Assembly (NCBI GenBank): GCA_964432835.1
Contig: CAYSPA010000002.1
Span: 10,113 to 47,626 of the forward strand
Origin: an uncultured Thermoplasmatales archaeon
GTDB taxonomy: Archaea > Thermoplasmatota > E2 > DHVEG-1 > B18-G2
DNA length: 37,514 nt
Direction of reading: 5' to 3'
The notes beneath the pieces are model-generated. The model was not told where the DNA came from. It was given only the letters and a program-made list of their open reading frames with translations, and searched no databases. The number at the start of each line of letters is the position of its first letter. The first letter of the stretch is position 1. Position numbers and translations under genes: made by a program. This document shows, piece by piece, positions 8,853-16,584 of this stretch.

Positions 8853-8891
8853 TTATGGGTCTTGAAAGCTCGAGATGGAGGTGATTTTTAA

Positions 8892-9281
8892 ATGGAAAAA
8901 AAGAAGATCCTGGTTGTTGACGATAACCCCGATATTCTGATAACAATCAAAGAAGGTCTTGAAGCCATCGACGATAGTGTTGAGGTTATAGGCGTGGAGA
9001 GCGGTGAGGATTGTGTGAGTCTCTTGTCAAGGGAGAAAATAAAACCCGATGTTATACTGCTTGATATAATGCTGCCCGAGATGAGTGGGTGGGAGATATA
9101 CAACAGATTGAGAGAGAGGGAAGAATGGAAAGATATTCCTATAATCTTCATAACCGCAAGAACCGATGAAAAGGCACGTAAGATTGGTTCCTTCCTTGCC
9201 GAGGATTTTATAGAGAAACCCTTCGATATAAGGGAATTGAAAGAGAGAATAGAGCGGGTACTCGAGAAGAGGCAGCAGTAG
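8892..9281 (+). CDS. Single-domain response regulator (CheY-like receiver)
   Basis: VVDDNPD acidic pocket, phospho-acceptor context VILLDIMLPEMSG, FITA (conserved Thr position) and EKPF (conserved Lys). There is no output domain. Confidence 0.85.
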   Translation: MEKKKILVVDDNPDILITIKEGLEAIDDSVEVIGVESGEDCVSLLSREKIKPDVILLDIMLPEMSGWEIYNRLREREEWKDIPIIFITARTDEKARKIGSFLAEDFIEKPFDIRELKERIERVLEKRQQ

Positions 9282-9317
9282 GAACATAGAAAAATAAAAC
9301 CACCATTCAGAGACAAT

Positions 9318-9326
9318 TTTTAATAC
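9318..9326 (+). promoter_or_regulatory. Putative TATA box (TTTTTAATA) for tRNA-Met
   Basis: The element is centred about 29 nt upstream of the first tRNA nucleotide (9351). Confidence 0.4.
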
Positions 9327-9350
9327 CAGAACTGAAATTATTCCTGTGGG

Positions 9351-9450
9351 TCGGGGTGGCTCAGCCTGGCGGAGCGCCTGACTCATAAGCGCAGCTCGAG
9401 GGTTCGCTGGGAAATCAGGAGGTCGCGGGTTCAAATCCCGCCCCCGACAT
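9351..9450 (+). tRNA. tRNA-Met (anticodon CAT, elongator-type) with a 26-nt intron at the canonical 37/38 position
   Basis: Acceptor GTCGGGG/CCCCGAC plus discriminator A. D arm GCTC-AGCCTGGCG-GAGC. Anticodon stem CCTGA/TCAGG with loop CTCATA[intron 9389-9414]A. T arm GCGGG-TTCAAAT-CCCGC. The BHB motif can be drawn. CCA is not encoded. tRNA-Ile2 (CAU) cannot be excluded from sequence alone. Confidence 0.9.
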
Positions 9451-9533
9451 TATTTATACGGGATTTCTTTTGTGATTAGACGGAGGTATATTTTTATACA
9501 TACCTGTAGATTAATAATACGGGGAGTGATGGC

Positions 9534-10829
9534 ATGAGAGGAACCGGGTGGATTATTTTATGCATTGTCTTGTTTTTGCTCTCGCCTTTAATCTCCGTAA
9601 CCCATTTTGCAGAAAACCCCGTTGAAGAGCTTCTCAGAGATGCACACCTCGAAGAGATAGATGGCATAAAAGTTCTGTTCACAAATGGCTCTTTCTACGA
9701 ACTTGGTTTTCAGCATGGCTACCTTCTGAAAGAAGAGGTGCGGGAGAATGTGAGAGCTTTCATCAGCTACGGGAAAGAGACCGCATCATATGAAAAACTT
9801 CTCGAAATGTGGAATACCGTAAAAGCGTATATACCAGACGATTATCTCTCCGAGTTACGGGGCATCGCGGATGGCGCCAACGTTTCTCTCGAAGAGCTGG
9901 GAGTATCATATATGATTGTTCCTTTCATAGACCTCGGTTGTTTCAGCTATGCGGCGTGGGGTAATGCCACGGAAGATGGTAAACTGTATCACGCGCGAAG
10001 TTTGGATTTTCCACTCATAATAAAAGATCCTGTAACTGGAAAATACATACAGGAAAACTCCGTTCTGATTGTACGGAAGCTCGATGGAGGAATGGTTTCC
10101 ATCATCCCAACCCTGGCGGGATGGATAAACTTCTATGAGGGTTTCAACGAGAAGGGTATCGTCATAACCGTACAGGCATGCTGGAGCTCTGACCAGACGT
10201 TGAAAGGAATACCCATTCAGTTCAGACTCCAGATGGCTCTGGATAAGATGGATACAATAGACGATGCCTTAAATGCTATGCTGTCAAACGGTACACTTGG
10301 CTGGAATTTTATAATATCCGATGGAAAAACCGCATATATCGTCGAGGTCACTGCGAATCACAGCTACATTGGTTCTTGGGATGACTCCATCGAAGATAAT
10401 GCCCCTTTCTGGAAGATCAAAGAGGTTGTGAGACGTACAAATTTCTTCATCGATCCTGAACTTGCGGCAACTCAGAGAAGATGGTACAACCCCGGAGGAG
10501 CGATGGGCTTTCTGGCAACCTTCGTGGGTTCTCCATTCTTTCCCATATGGAGAAAGTACAGAGCGATGAGCAGGGAAATCGAAAATATATGGGGAGAGAT
10601 CGATCTCAATTCCAGCATCTCCATCCTGAGAAAGGTCTATGGAGGGAAAACGGACATGGTGCTTTTCTTCTTTCAGATGATATCGAGAGGTAGGGGAATC
10701 CTTTGCGACCTCCATCAGTGGTCATACTGTCCAGATACGGGAGATTTTGTTATTTCCTTCGCCGATTCAAAGAAGCAGTCCCATAAAAACGAACTGCACT
10801 ACATCAATATAAAGAAACTGTTGGGTTGA
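9534..10829 (+). CDS. Secreted or membrane-anchored Ntn-hydrolase-like protein (peptidase C45 / acyl-CoA:6-APA acyltransferase-like)
   Basis: N-terminal hydrophobic signal/anchor (GWIILCIVLFLLSPLISV). The GSFYELGFQHGYLLKEEV opening is typical of C45 proteins. A candidate self-processing nucleophile lies in DLGCFSYAAWG. Confidence 0.5.
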   Translation: MRGTGWIILCIVLFLLSPLISVTHFAENPVEELLRDAHLEEIDGIKVLFTNGSFYELGFQHGYLLKEEVRENVRAFISYGKETASYEKLLEMWNTVKAYIPDDYLSELRGIADGANVSLEELGVSYMIVPFIDLGCFSYAAWGNATEDGKLYHARSLDFPLIIKDPVTGKYIQENSVLIVRKLDGGMVSIIPTLAGWINFYEGFNEKGIVITVQACWSSDQTLKGIPIQFRLQMALDKMDTIDDALNAMLSNGTLGWNFIISDGKTAYIVEVTANHSYIGSWDDSIEDNAPFWKIKEVVRRTNFFIDPELAATQRRWYNPGGAMGFLATFVGSPFFPIWRKYRAMSREIENIWGEIDLNSSISILRKVYGGKTDMVLFFFQMISRGRGILCDLHQWSYCPDTGDFVISFADSKKQSHKNELHYINIKKLLG

Positions 10830-10929
10830 TTTATCTCATAGTGCCGATTGGCATCCCGCCTCTTCAGAGTCGATGGTGGCTAAAGCCCCTTCCATCCTTT
10901 TTAAATCGACTCTCAATCGATGGAATGTC

Positions 10930-12207
10930 CTATTCCTCCCCTGAATTGAAGAACCTCTTTTCATCCTCTCTCAGCCTGTTCAGATATACCCTTTCCACTT
11001 TCTCCTCTTCTTGGAACTTTCTGATGTCCATTTCGACTTCTATGGGCAATGCGCCATCCCTTATCAATCTTGAAAGTTTGTAGATATCAATATCCGATAC
11101 CTGCTCCCAGATACCGTGCTTTTTCAGCACTTCTTTCAATTCCTCGCGCCTGCCGTCGCCCTTCGATGGGAAAATGCGTCTTTTACCAACGATTACCTTC
11201 GCCTTGGCTTTTGTTCCATATACGGTATCGAGACCCTCTCTCTTTGCAAAATCTATGATTTCCTTCTTTGTCTTTTCTATCTCTCTGTCGATTTCCTCCA
11301 GCAATTTTTCCCTTTTCTCGAGAAGTTCCGCGTATCTGTCTACAAGCTGAACACCCTTATCAGAGAGATAATCATCGAGTGTTCTGGTTTCGAGTTTGTA
11401 TCTGTGCTTGTATTCACCGCATATCTGCTTGTATTCACACCAGTCACAAAGTACAGATGGTTTGGCGGGAAATTCGTCGGCATGCTCTATGCGGCGGATG
11501 AGTGAGATGAGATACTGCCTCAGTTCTTCGAATTCTTCCTCGTCTTTTCTTATTTCTATCTCTCTATCAAAAGCCAGAAAGTGCCATATCAGTCTTATAT
11601 CCCTCGCATCGGGATATCTGTCTTTTACGCCTATCGCATATATCGGTAACTGGATATCCTGCTCGATGTACTTGTTGATGGGCAGTGTCATGTTCGTTTT
11701 GTAGTCGTGTATTTCGTATATACCTCCATCTCTGTAGGCAAGTCTGTCTATATACCCCAAGATTTTGTATCTGCCCGTGCCATCGAGGTCCACGATGATT
11801 CTTTCTTCCAGTGCTATGGTTCTGGACTGGTTGAATGGATAGTATCTCTTGTAGTAATCCCTTACGAATCTCTCGGCCATCTTGAGATAATTATCGGGGG
11901 TGTAGTCCTCACTTGTTATGAGAATCCCATTGTTCCATTTTCTCCTCCACTGGTTTCTCAGGTATTCGAGAAGCTCTTCCAGCGTGTTCATCTTCTCGTA
12001 CATGAGGTCTTTGTAAAGTTTCCTCAGGGTTTCATGAACTATGTTTCCCGTGAAGGACTCTATCGTCTCCTTTATCTCCGTCTTTATCCTGTCTATATAT
12101 GCAAATCTGTATTTCCTCGGACACTGAAGATAACAGTTGAGTCTGGAATAGGAATAAATGGGCATCTCGAAAAGCGAATTGATTTTGGGTATATTAAATA
12201 TCGCCAC
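10930..12207 (-). CDS. Cas4-like PD-(D/E)XK (RecB-family) nuclease with a 4-Cys Fe-S cluster and a C-terminal extension of about 165 aa
   Basis: N-terminal YSYSRLNCYLQCPRKYRF. Motif II GYIDRL, motif III EIHDYKT ((D/E)xK) and QLPIYA (QxxxY). The cysteine pattern is C(28)...C-x2-C-x5-C (CDWCEYKQIC), as in Cas4/AddB/Dna2. No CRISPR or cas genes are in the window. Confidence 0.75.
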   Translation of the reverse strand: MAIFNIPKINSLFEMPIYSYSRLNCYLQCPRKYRFAYIDRIKTEIKETIESFTGNIVHETLRKLYKDLMYEKMNTLEELLEYLRNQWRRKWNNGILITSEDYTPDNYLKMAERFVRDYYKRYYPFNQSRTIALEERIIVDLDGTGRYKILGYIDRLAYRDGGIYEIHDYKTNMTLPINKYIEQDIQLPIYAIGVKDRYPDARDIRLIWHFLAFDREIEIRKDEEEFEELRQYLISLIRRIEHADEFPAKPSVLCDWCEYKQICGEYKHRYKLETRTLDDYLSDKGVQLVDRYAELLEKREKLLEEIDREIEKTKKEIIDFAKREGLDTVYGTKAKAKVIVGKRRIFPSKGDGRREELKEVLKKHGIWEQVSDIDIYKLSRLIRDGALPIEVEMDIRKFQEEEKVERVYLNRLREDEKRFFNSGEE

Positions 12208-12234
12208 AGGTTTTCTTTCCAGCGAATTGTGAAC

Positions 12235-12471
12235 TCAGAAAATCTCGCTCACGGATTTTGCGGTTTCTATCCATCTCAGAAAGGAGTTGCAGGCTGCCCT
12301 CAGGGAACTCGTATCCCTGGATTTTATCTTCAGAATCAGTTTCTTTCCTTTTCTCTCCAAACTAACCGTTGTCTTTGGAATCTTCTTCCTGACTTCGGGA
12401 TAAACAGATTCATATATTATGGCAGCCTCTCTCTCGCCATCCATCTCCAGTTCTATGACGGCCTCTCTCAT
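12235..12471 (-). CDS. pcc1: KEOPS complex subunit Pcc1
   Basis: 78 aa. The pattern ...EAAIIYESVYPE...LILKIKSRDTSSLRAACNSFLRWI... is typical of Pcc1/CTAG. It also sits in the canonical position after rpoP in the exosome superoperon. Confidence 0.65.
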   Translation of the reverse strand: MREAVIELEMDGEREAAIIYESVYPEVRKKIPKTTVSLERKGKKLILKIKSRDTSSLRAACNSFLRWIETAKSVSEIF

Positions 12472-12472
12472 T

Positions 12473-12613
12473 CTAACGCGCTTTAACCCTCTTTGCTATG
12501 GGAGGTCTCTCCTTGTAGAATATCTTGCTACCGCAGTACGGGCACTGCAGACCTATACTCTCAACATTGAGGTCAACGGTCTTCTTACATATACCACACT
12601 TGTAGCTCACCAT
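12473..12613 (-). CDS. rpoP: DNA-directed RNA polymerase subunit P (Rpo12/RpoP); absent from the supplied ORF track
   Basis: My hand translation gives MVSYKCGICKKTVDLNVESIGLQCPYCGSKIFYKERPPIAKRVKAR (46 aa). It has a CxxC...CxxC zinc ribbon and lies between eL43 and pcc1 as in other archaea. Confidence 0.75.
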   Translation of the reverse strand: MVSYKCGICKKTVDLNVESIGLQCPYCGSKIFYKERPPIAKRVKAR

Positions 12614-12614
12614 A

Positions 12615-12881
12615 CTACTCCCTTCCAAGACCGAGAACCTTCTCGATATTCAAACTCGTATCGGTTCTTGGCACGTATGCTCCGCCGGCGAATACTGCTC
12701 CACATTTCCTGCATCTCCAGATTCCGGCGGCATCTCTTTTTACCGCTCTGTGCCCGCATGACGGACATATATGCTTCGCTCTCTGGATGATCTCTATGTC
12801 CCTTATGAGTTTTCTTATCTTGACTCCGTATCTCGAAGAAAACCTCCCCGCGGGTCCAACCTTTTTAGTTCTCTTTGCCAT
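12615..12881 (-). CDS. rpl37ae: 50S ribosomal protein L37Ae (eL43)
   Basis: [19 protein letters not shown]...CPSCG...WRCRKCG zinc ribbon, 88 aa. Confidence 0.9.
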   Translation of the reverse strand: MAKRTKKVGPAGRFSSRYGVKIRKLIRDIEIIQRAKHICPSCGHRAVKRDAAGIWRCRKCGAVFAGGAYVPRTDTSLNIEKVLGLGRE

Positions 12882-13674
12882 CTTCTCTACCCGTGCTCTC
12901 GTTAAGTATCTTCCTTATGCGAGTACCGTTATCTATAGCTGCCTTAATAATCTTTCTGACCTCCTCTATGGTGAAACTACCCGATAGCCCCTTCTGCATG
13001 GCTCTGATGTTTCCATCCTTATCGGTAGCTACAGTCAGCCTCGCCTCCGCGATTATCTCCTCCTCGAGACACGGGTCCACAGCAATCACGCCTCCATACT
13101 TCACAAATGTGCACGATATCGGAGGGTCATTTTTGATGGGAAGGGGCTCATCCTCACCCATGTCAAATCTCTCATTTGGCACCTTTGCGGTCAGCAGTGC
13201 GGCGAGGGCGGCGAGCGAGGATGCATCGAAAAGGTTGCCATCATAATCGAGAACGTGAATATCGACGAAGACGATCCATACCTTTTCGCCCGGCTCTATG
13301 CACAGTTTTTCCAAGTCTATGACCTCTGTCTCTCTTATTCCCCTATCCACCACCCTGGCAAGTTCGATTGCGTTTTCATCGGGTGGTCCCGCCTCAAATT
13401 CCGGTGACGCCATTGGAATTAGCTCAGCATTTGTTGTGAGTACGCCGCTGTCCGGAGTATCGGGATATGGCTCTCCCTGCTCGAGTTTTATTCCCACGAG
13501 CGTTTTCGTATTCCCAAGTTCCACCTTGGCTGAGCCCTCCGCCTTTTTGATGATACCGGTCTCTATGCGCAGGGGTCTGTACTCATTGAATGATCTTCCA
13601 TCTATTCTCTTGTTTGCCTGTGCGAGCTTGTGCATGTACTTTCTCTTTATTTCTGAAACCACCGATTCACTCAT
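12865..13674 (-). CDS. rrp42: Exosome complex subunit Rrp42 (RNase PH-like, non-catalytic)
   Basis: RNase PH fold sequence ([18 protein letters not shown]...) following rrp41. I chose the ATG at 13674, which overlaps the rrp41 stop, rather than the upstream track start at 13743. Confidence 0.85.
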   Translation of the reverse strand: MSESVVSEIKRKYMHKLAQANKRIDGRSFNEYRPLRIETGIIKKAEGSAKVELGNTKTLVGIKLEQGEPYPDTPDSGVLTTNAELIPMASPEFEAGPPDENAIELARVVDRGIRETEVIDLEKLCIEPGEKVWIVFVDIHVLDYDGNLFDASSLAALAALLTAKVPNERFDMGEDEPLPIKNDPPISCTFVKYGGVIAVDPCLEEEIIAEARLTVATDKDGNIRAMQKGLSGSFTIEEVRKIIKAAIDNGTRIRKILNESTGREDGKEN

Positions 13675-14410
13675 TTTCCCTGCCCACCTCCTTAATGTAT
13701 TTCTCCAGAAGAGCTTCCTTCTGGAGTTTTGATACGATTTCACATCCCTTTATAGCCAGTTCAAGCGCCTCATCGAATTCCTGCGGTGTTAGATGGCCAT
13801 CCATCTGGAGTAGTAAAATTTCTTTTTTGCGTGGTGCTATGGCTACAGGCATATCTGCTTCTCCATAGTTATCCTCTTCCTTGCACAGATCAAGAACAAC
13901 CTGACCATCAACCTTACCCGCGGAGCATGCTACAGGAATATCTCTCATTGGTATACCGGCATCGGCGAGCGCAACAGCAGCCGCGGTCAATCCGGCGCAT
14001 CTTGTGCCGGCATCCGCATCCAGAACCTCTATGTTTATATCTATGGTCGCCCTCGGCAGTTTCTCCACGAGTATTATGTGCTCGAGCGCCTCTCCAACCA
14101 CCTTCGAGATTTCTATGCTTCTCCTGTCGGGACCGGGTCTCTTTCTCTCTTCAACGCTGAAAGATGCCATATTGTAACGGGCATTGACTATCGCTTTCAG
14201 AGGATGCTGCTCGTGTCTTGGCAGTGTCTCCTTTGGCCCATAAACTGCGGCGAGAATCTTGTTGTTACCCCACTCTATATAGCAAGAGCCATCCGCTCTG
14301 TAGAGGGGACCCGCCTTTATCTTCACCGGACGGAGTTCGTCCGGTTTTCTACCATCTATCCTCCTTCCATTCTCGTCTATGAGCTTCAAATCCTCCGGTT
14401 TTTTGGACAT
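13667..14410 (-). CDS. rrp41: Exosome complex exonuclease Rrp41 (RNase PH-like, catalytic)
   Basis: [18 protein letters not shown]...[11 protein letters not shown]...[10 protein letters not shown]... are RNase PH motifs. The ATG at 14410 lies 4 nt after the rrp4 stop. The track start at 14437 is a TTG. Confidence 0.88.
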   Translation of the reverse strand: MSKKPEDLKLIDENGRRIDGRKPDELRPVKIKAGPLYRADGSCYIEWGNNKILAAVYGPKETLPRHEQHPLKAIVNARYNMASFSVEERKRPGPDRRSIEISKVVGEALEHIILVEKLPRATIDINIEVLDADAGTRCAGLTAAAVALADAGIPMRDIPVACSAGKVDGQVVLDLCKEEDNYGEADMPVAIAPRKKEILLLQMDGHLTPQEFDEALELAIKGCEIVSKLQKEALLEKYIKEVGRENE

Positions 14411-14414
14411 ATTA

Positions 14415-15095
14415 TCATTCTCCTTTAAGTAATGCAAGAACCCTTTCCGTTAATCCATATGTGTGAGCCTCCCTTTCTATCAATCTGATCGCCCTCTCTA
14501 TCTTCTGAATGCCTTCGGGCGTTCCATCCGCCCATATTCTTCCATTCCTGCCAACAAATATTCTGCAGTTTGTGTACCTTTTGAGGGCGGTTATCATGGA
14601 TGCATTTTTGCCTATTATCCTCGGAACCTTCGTCGGCTCCGTCTCTATAAGTGTGCCTCCATTTATCTTGTGAAGTCCCCTATCTTTGAGGGTAATCTGC
14701 ACCTTATCCGGCTCTCCAGCAGATTTAACCTTTGCAAGAATCACATCCCCATAATTCAGGAACTTGGATGTGTTGCCAACCTCAACGAACCACGGAACCT
14801 CGTTTATGTGAAGGAATGCCGGATATATCGCATTGATGTCAACCATCCAGACGGCGGCGCCCACCTCGATAACGATTCCAACAACGACATCTCCGGCCTT
14901 TGGCTCGTACTTTCCTCTCAGAGGCGTTACGGTTATCACGTTATCCTTTATGTTGAGTATACCCAGTCTCTCGGCATATATCTTTCCATCCTCAACGAAC
15001 GTTCCCGCTCCGGCTTTGTATTTTTTCGTATCACCCAGGTACTGGCTGGGCAGAACTAACTCTCTCGTGGTTTTTCCCTTCCTCTGCATATCCAT
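14415..15095 (-). CDS. rrp4: Exosome complex RNA-binding subunit Rrp4 (S1 + KH domains)
   Basis: [10 protein letters not shown]..., an S1-like GDVVVGIV segment and a KH-type C-terminus. The ATG at 15095 overlaps the SBDS stop as TGATG. Confidence 0.85.
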   Translation of the reverse strand: MDMQRKGKTTRELVLPSQYLGDTKKYKAGAGTFVEDGKIYAERLGILNIKDNVITVTPLRGKYEPKAGDVVVGIVIEVGAAVWMVDINAIYPAFLHINEVPWFVEVGNTSKFLNYGDVILAKVKSAGEPDKVQITLKDRGLHKINGGTLIETEPTKVPRIIGKNASMITALKRYTNCRIFVGRNGRIWADGTPEGIQKIERAIRLIEREAHTYGLTERVLALLKGE

Positions 15096-15790
15096 CAACT
15101 CAGCAACTTTGTTTCAACATTTCCTTTGGTGATATCGTTTATCTTCTCATAAAATTCCGCCTGCAAACCCGCGGGAATCTGTATCACACCAACCCACGAG
15201 CCATCGGATTGCCATTCTTCCCTGACGAGGGTTCCAAAGTTTCTGACCATACCATACGCCTTACCCGTGTGGGTTGCCGGAATCTTGACCCATATCCTCA
15301 CCTGCTCCATGGATATGGGTATGACCGGTCTTATCTTTTCCACAACCTCCTTCACCTGCTGGTCAACGGGTTTGAAGGGATCGATGTGAACGCCCGCCTC
15401 CTCTATGGCGAGCTCTATCCTCTTTCTCGGATGAGGGAGTTTTGTCCTCGGATCCATGGCATTCTTTGCTATTATCTCGACAATCTGGTTGAATTTTCTC
15501 CTCTGCATCTCTCTCCTCTGCTCCGTCGTGAGTTGAATGTTTCCCCTCAGTATGATCTGCTTTGCGACCTCCGCGATATCGGTTGTACCAAAACACCTCT
15601 TGATGGATTCCTCGGATGCCCTCTCCCCCTTTCTTGCATCTTTGAAAACCTCGTATGCGGCAAGACTTGACATGATATCCACGTCTTTCCCATCTATGAG
15701 ATCCGCGGCCGCTTTCGGATCAACCAGTATCTCGAAGTGGTCATCTCCTATCGTCAATCTCGCTATCACAGCCTTTTCCAGACTCGTCAA
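15095..15790 (-). CDS. SBDS-family ribosome maturation protein (Sdo1)
   Basis: AVIARLTIGDDHFEILVDP...VFKDARKGERASEESIKRCFGTTD is a typical SBDS N-terminal domain. The only start that preserves this N-terminus is a TTG directly after the psmA TAA. Confidence 0.85.
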   Translation of the reverse strand: MTSLEKAVIARLTIGDDHFEILVDPKAAADLIDGKDVDIMSSLAAYEVFKDARKGERASEESIKRCFGTTDIAEVAKQIILRGNIQLTTEQRREMQRRKFNQIVEIIAKNAMDPRTKLPHPRKRIELAIEEAGVHIDPFKPVDQQVKEVVEKIRPVIPISMEQVRIWVKIPATHTGKAYGMVRNFGTLVREEWQSDGSWVGVIQIPAGLQAEFYEKINDITKGNVETKLLS

Positions 15791-16513
15791 TTACACTCCC
15801 CCTAACGCCTTCTTTATATATTCCTTGGTCTCCTCCTTCGAGAGTTTTCTGAACTTCCTGGATGAATCCACCACACCTATCTCGATGGCATCGGGATTTA
15901 TCTTACCTTCCACTCCTTTGCTGAGGGCTTTTAATCCAAGGATAATGGCTTCATCCTTGTCTATATCCTCACGGTAATGCTTTTCAAAGTAAGCTATCAC
16001 GTTATCCCGCCCGGCGCCCTCGCTCGTTGCCTTGTACTCTATCATGGCTCCAGATGGGTCTGTTGAGAACAGTCTCGGACCGCTATCATCCACGCCCGCT
16101 ATGAGGAGGGCTGTTCCAAAGGGTCTCACCCCGCCGTACTGGGTGTAGGTCTGCTTGAAGTCACACAATTTGGTGACCAGCGTCTTTATCTCTATCTTTC
16201 TGTTGTAAGTGACCTCATTGACCTGTGCATCTATTCTTGCCCTCTCGACGAGAACCCTGGCATCGGCCACCAAACCGGAGGTTGCACATCCTATGTGGTC
16301 ATCTATCTGGAACATCTTTTCTATGGATTCCGGCTCGATCAGGCGGGAAGTTATCCTCTTATCTACTATCAGGACCACTCCATCCTTATATTTCAATCCC
16401 ACGGTCGTCGTTCCCCTCTTTACAGCCTCTCTTGCATACTCAACCTGAAACAGCCTACCGTCAGGCGAGAATACGGTTATTGCCCTGTCATACGCCATAT
16501 TCGCTGGCTGCAT
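15791..16513 (-). CDS. psmA: Proteasome subunit alpha
   Basis: [30 protein letters not shown] is the canonical alpha-subunit N-terminus. Length is 240 aa. Confidence 0.92.
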   Translation of the reverse strand: MQPANMAYDRAITVFSPDGRLFQVEYAREAVKRGTTTVGLKYKDGVVLIVDKRITSRLIEPESIEKMFQIDDHIGCATSGLVADARVLVERARIDAQVNEVTYNRKIEIKTLVTKLCDFKQTYTQYGGVRPFGTALLIAGVDDSGPRLFSTDPSGAMIEYKATSEGAGRDNVIAYFEKHYREDIDKDEAIILGLKALSKGVEGKINPDAIEIGVVDSSRKFRKLSKEETKEYIKKALGGV

Positions 16514-16584
16514 GCCATTATCACCTCAGTTACTCCTACCAGAAATATACAATGGGTGTATATACTTTTTGCATATCTCTTGGG

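Noticed and set aside
10867-10912. 8-bp inverted repeat GAGTCGAT...ATCGACTC with a 30-nt spacer between the convergent C45 and nuclease genes
   Set aside because: The stem is short and the loop is long. It may contribute to bidirectional termination together with the adjacent T-run, but it is too weak to call as a feature.
10826-11083. 85-aa plus-strand ORF overlapping the C45 gene stop and the 3' end of the nuclease gene
   Set aside because: It is antisense to the well-supported nuclease gene for most of its length, its sequence is Ser/Leu-rich low complexity, and it has no start context.
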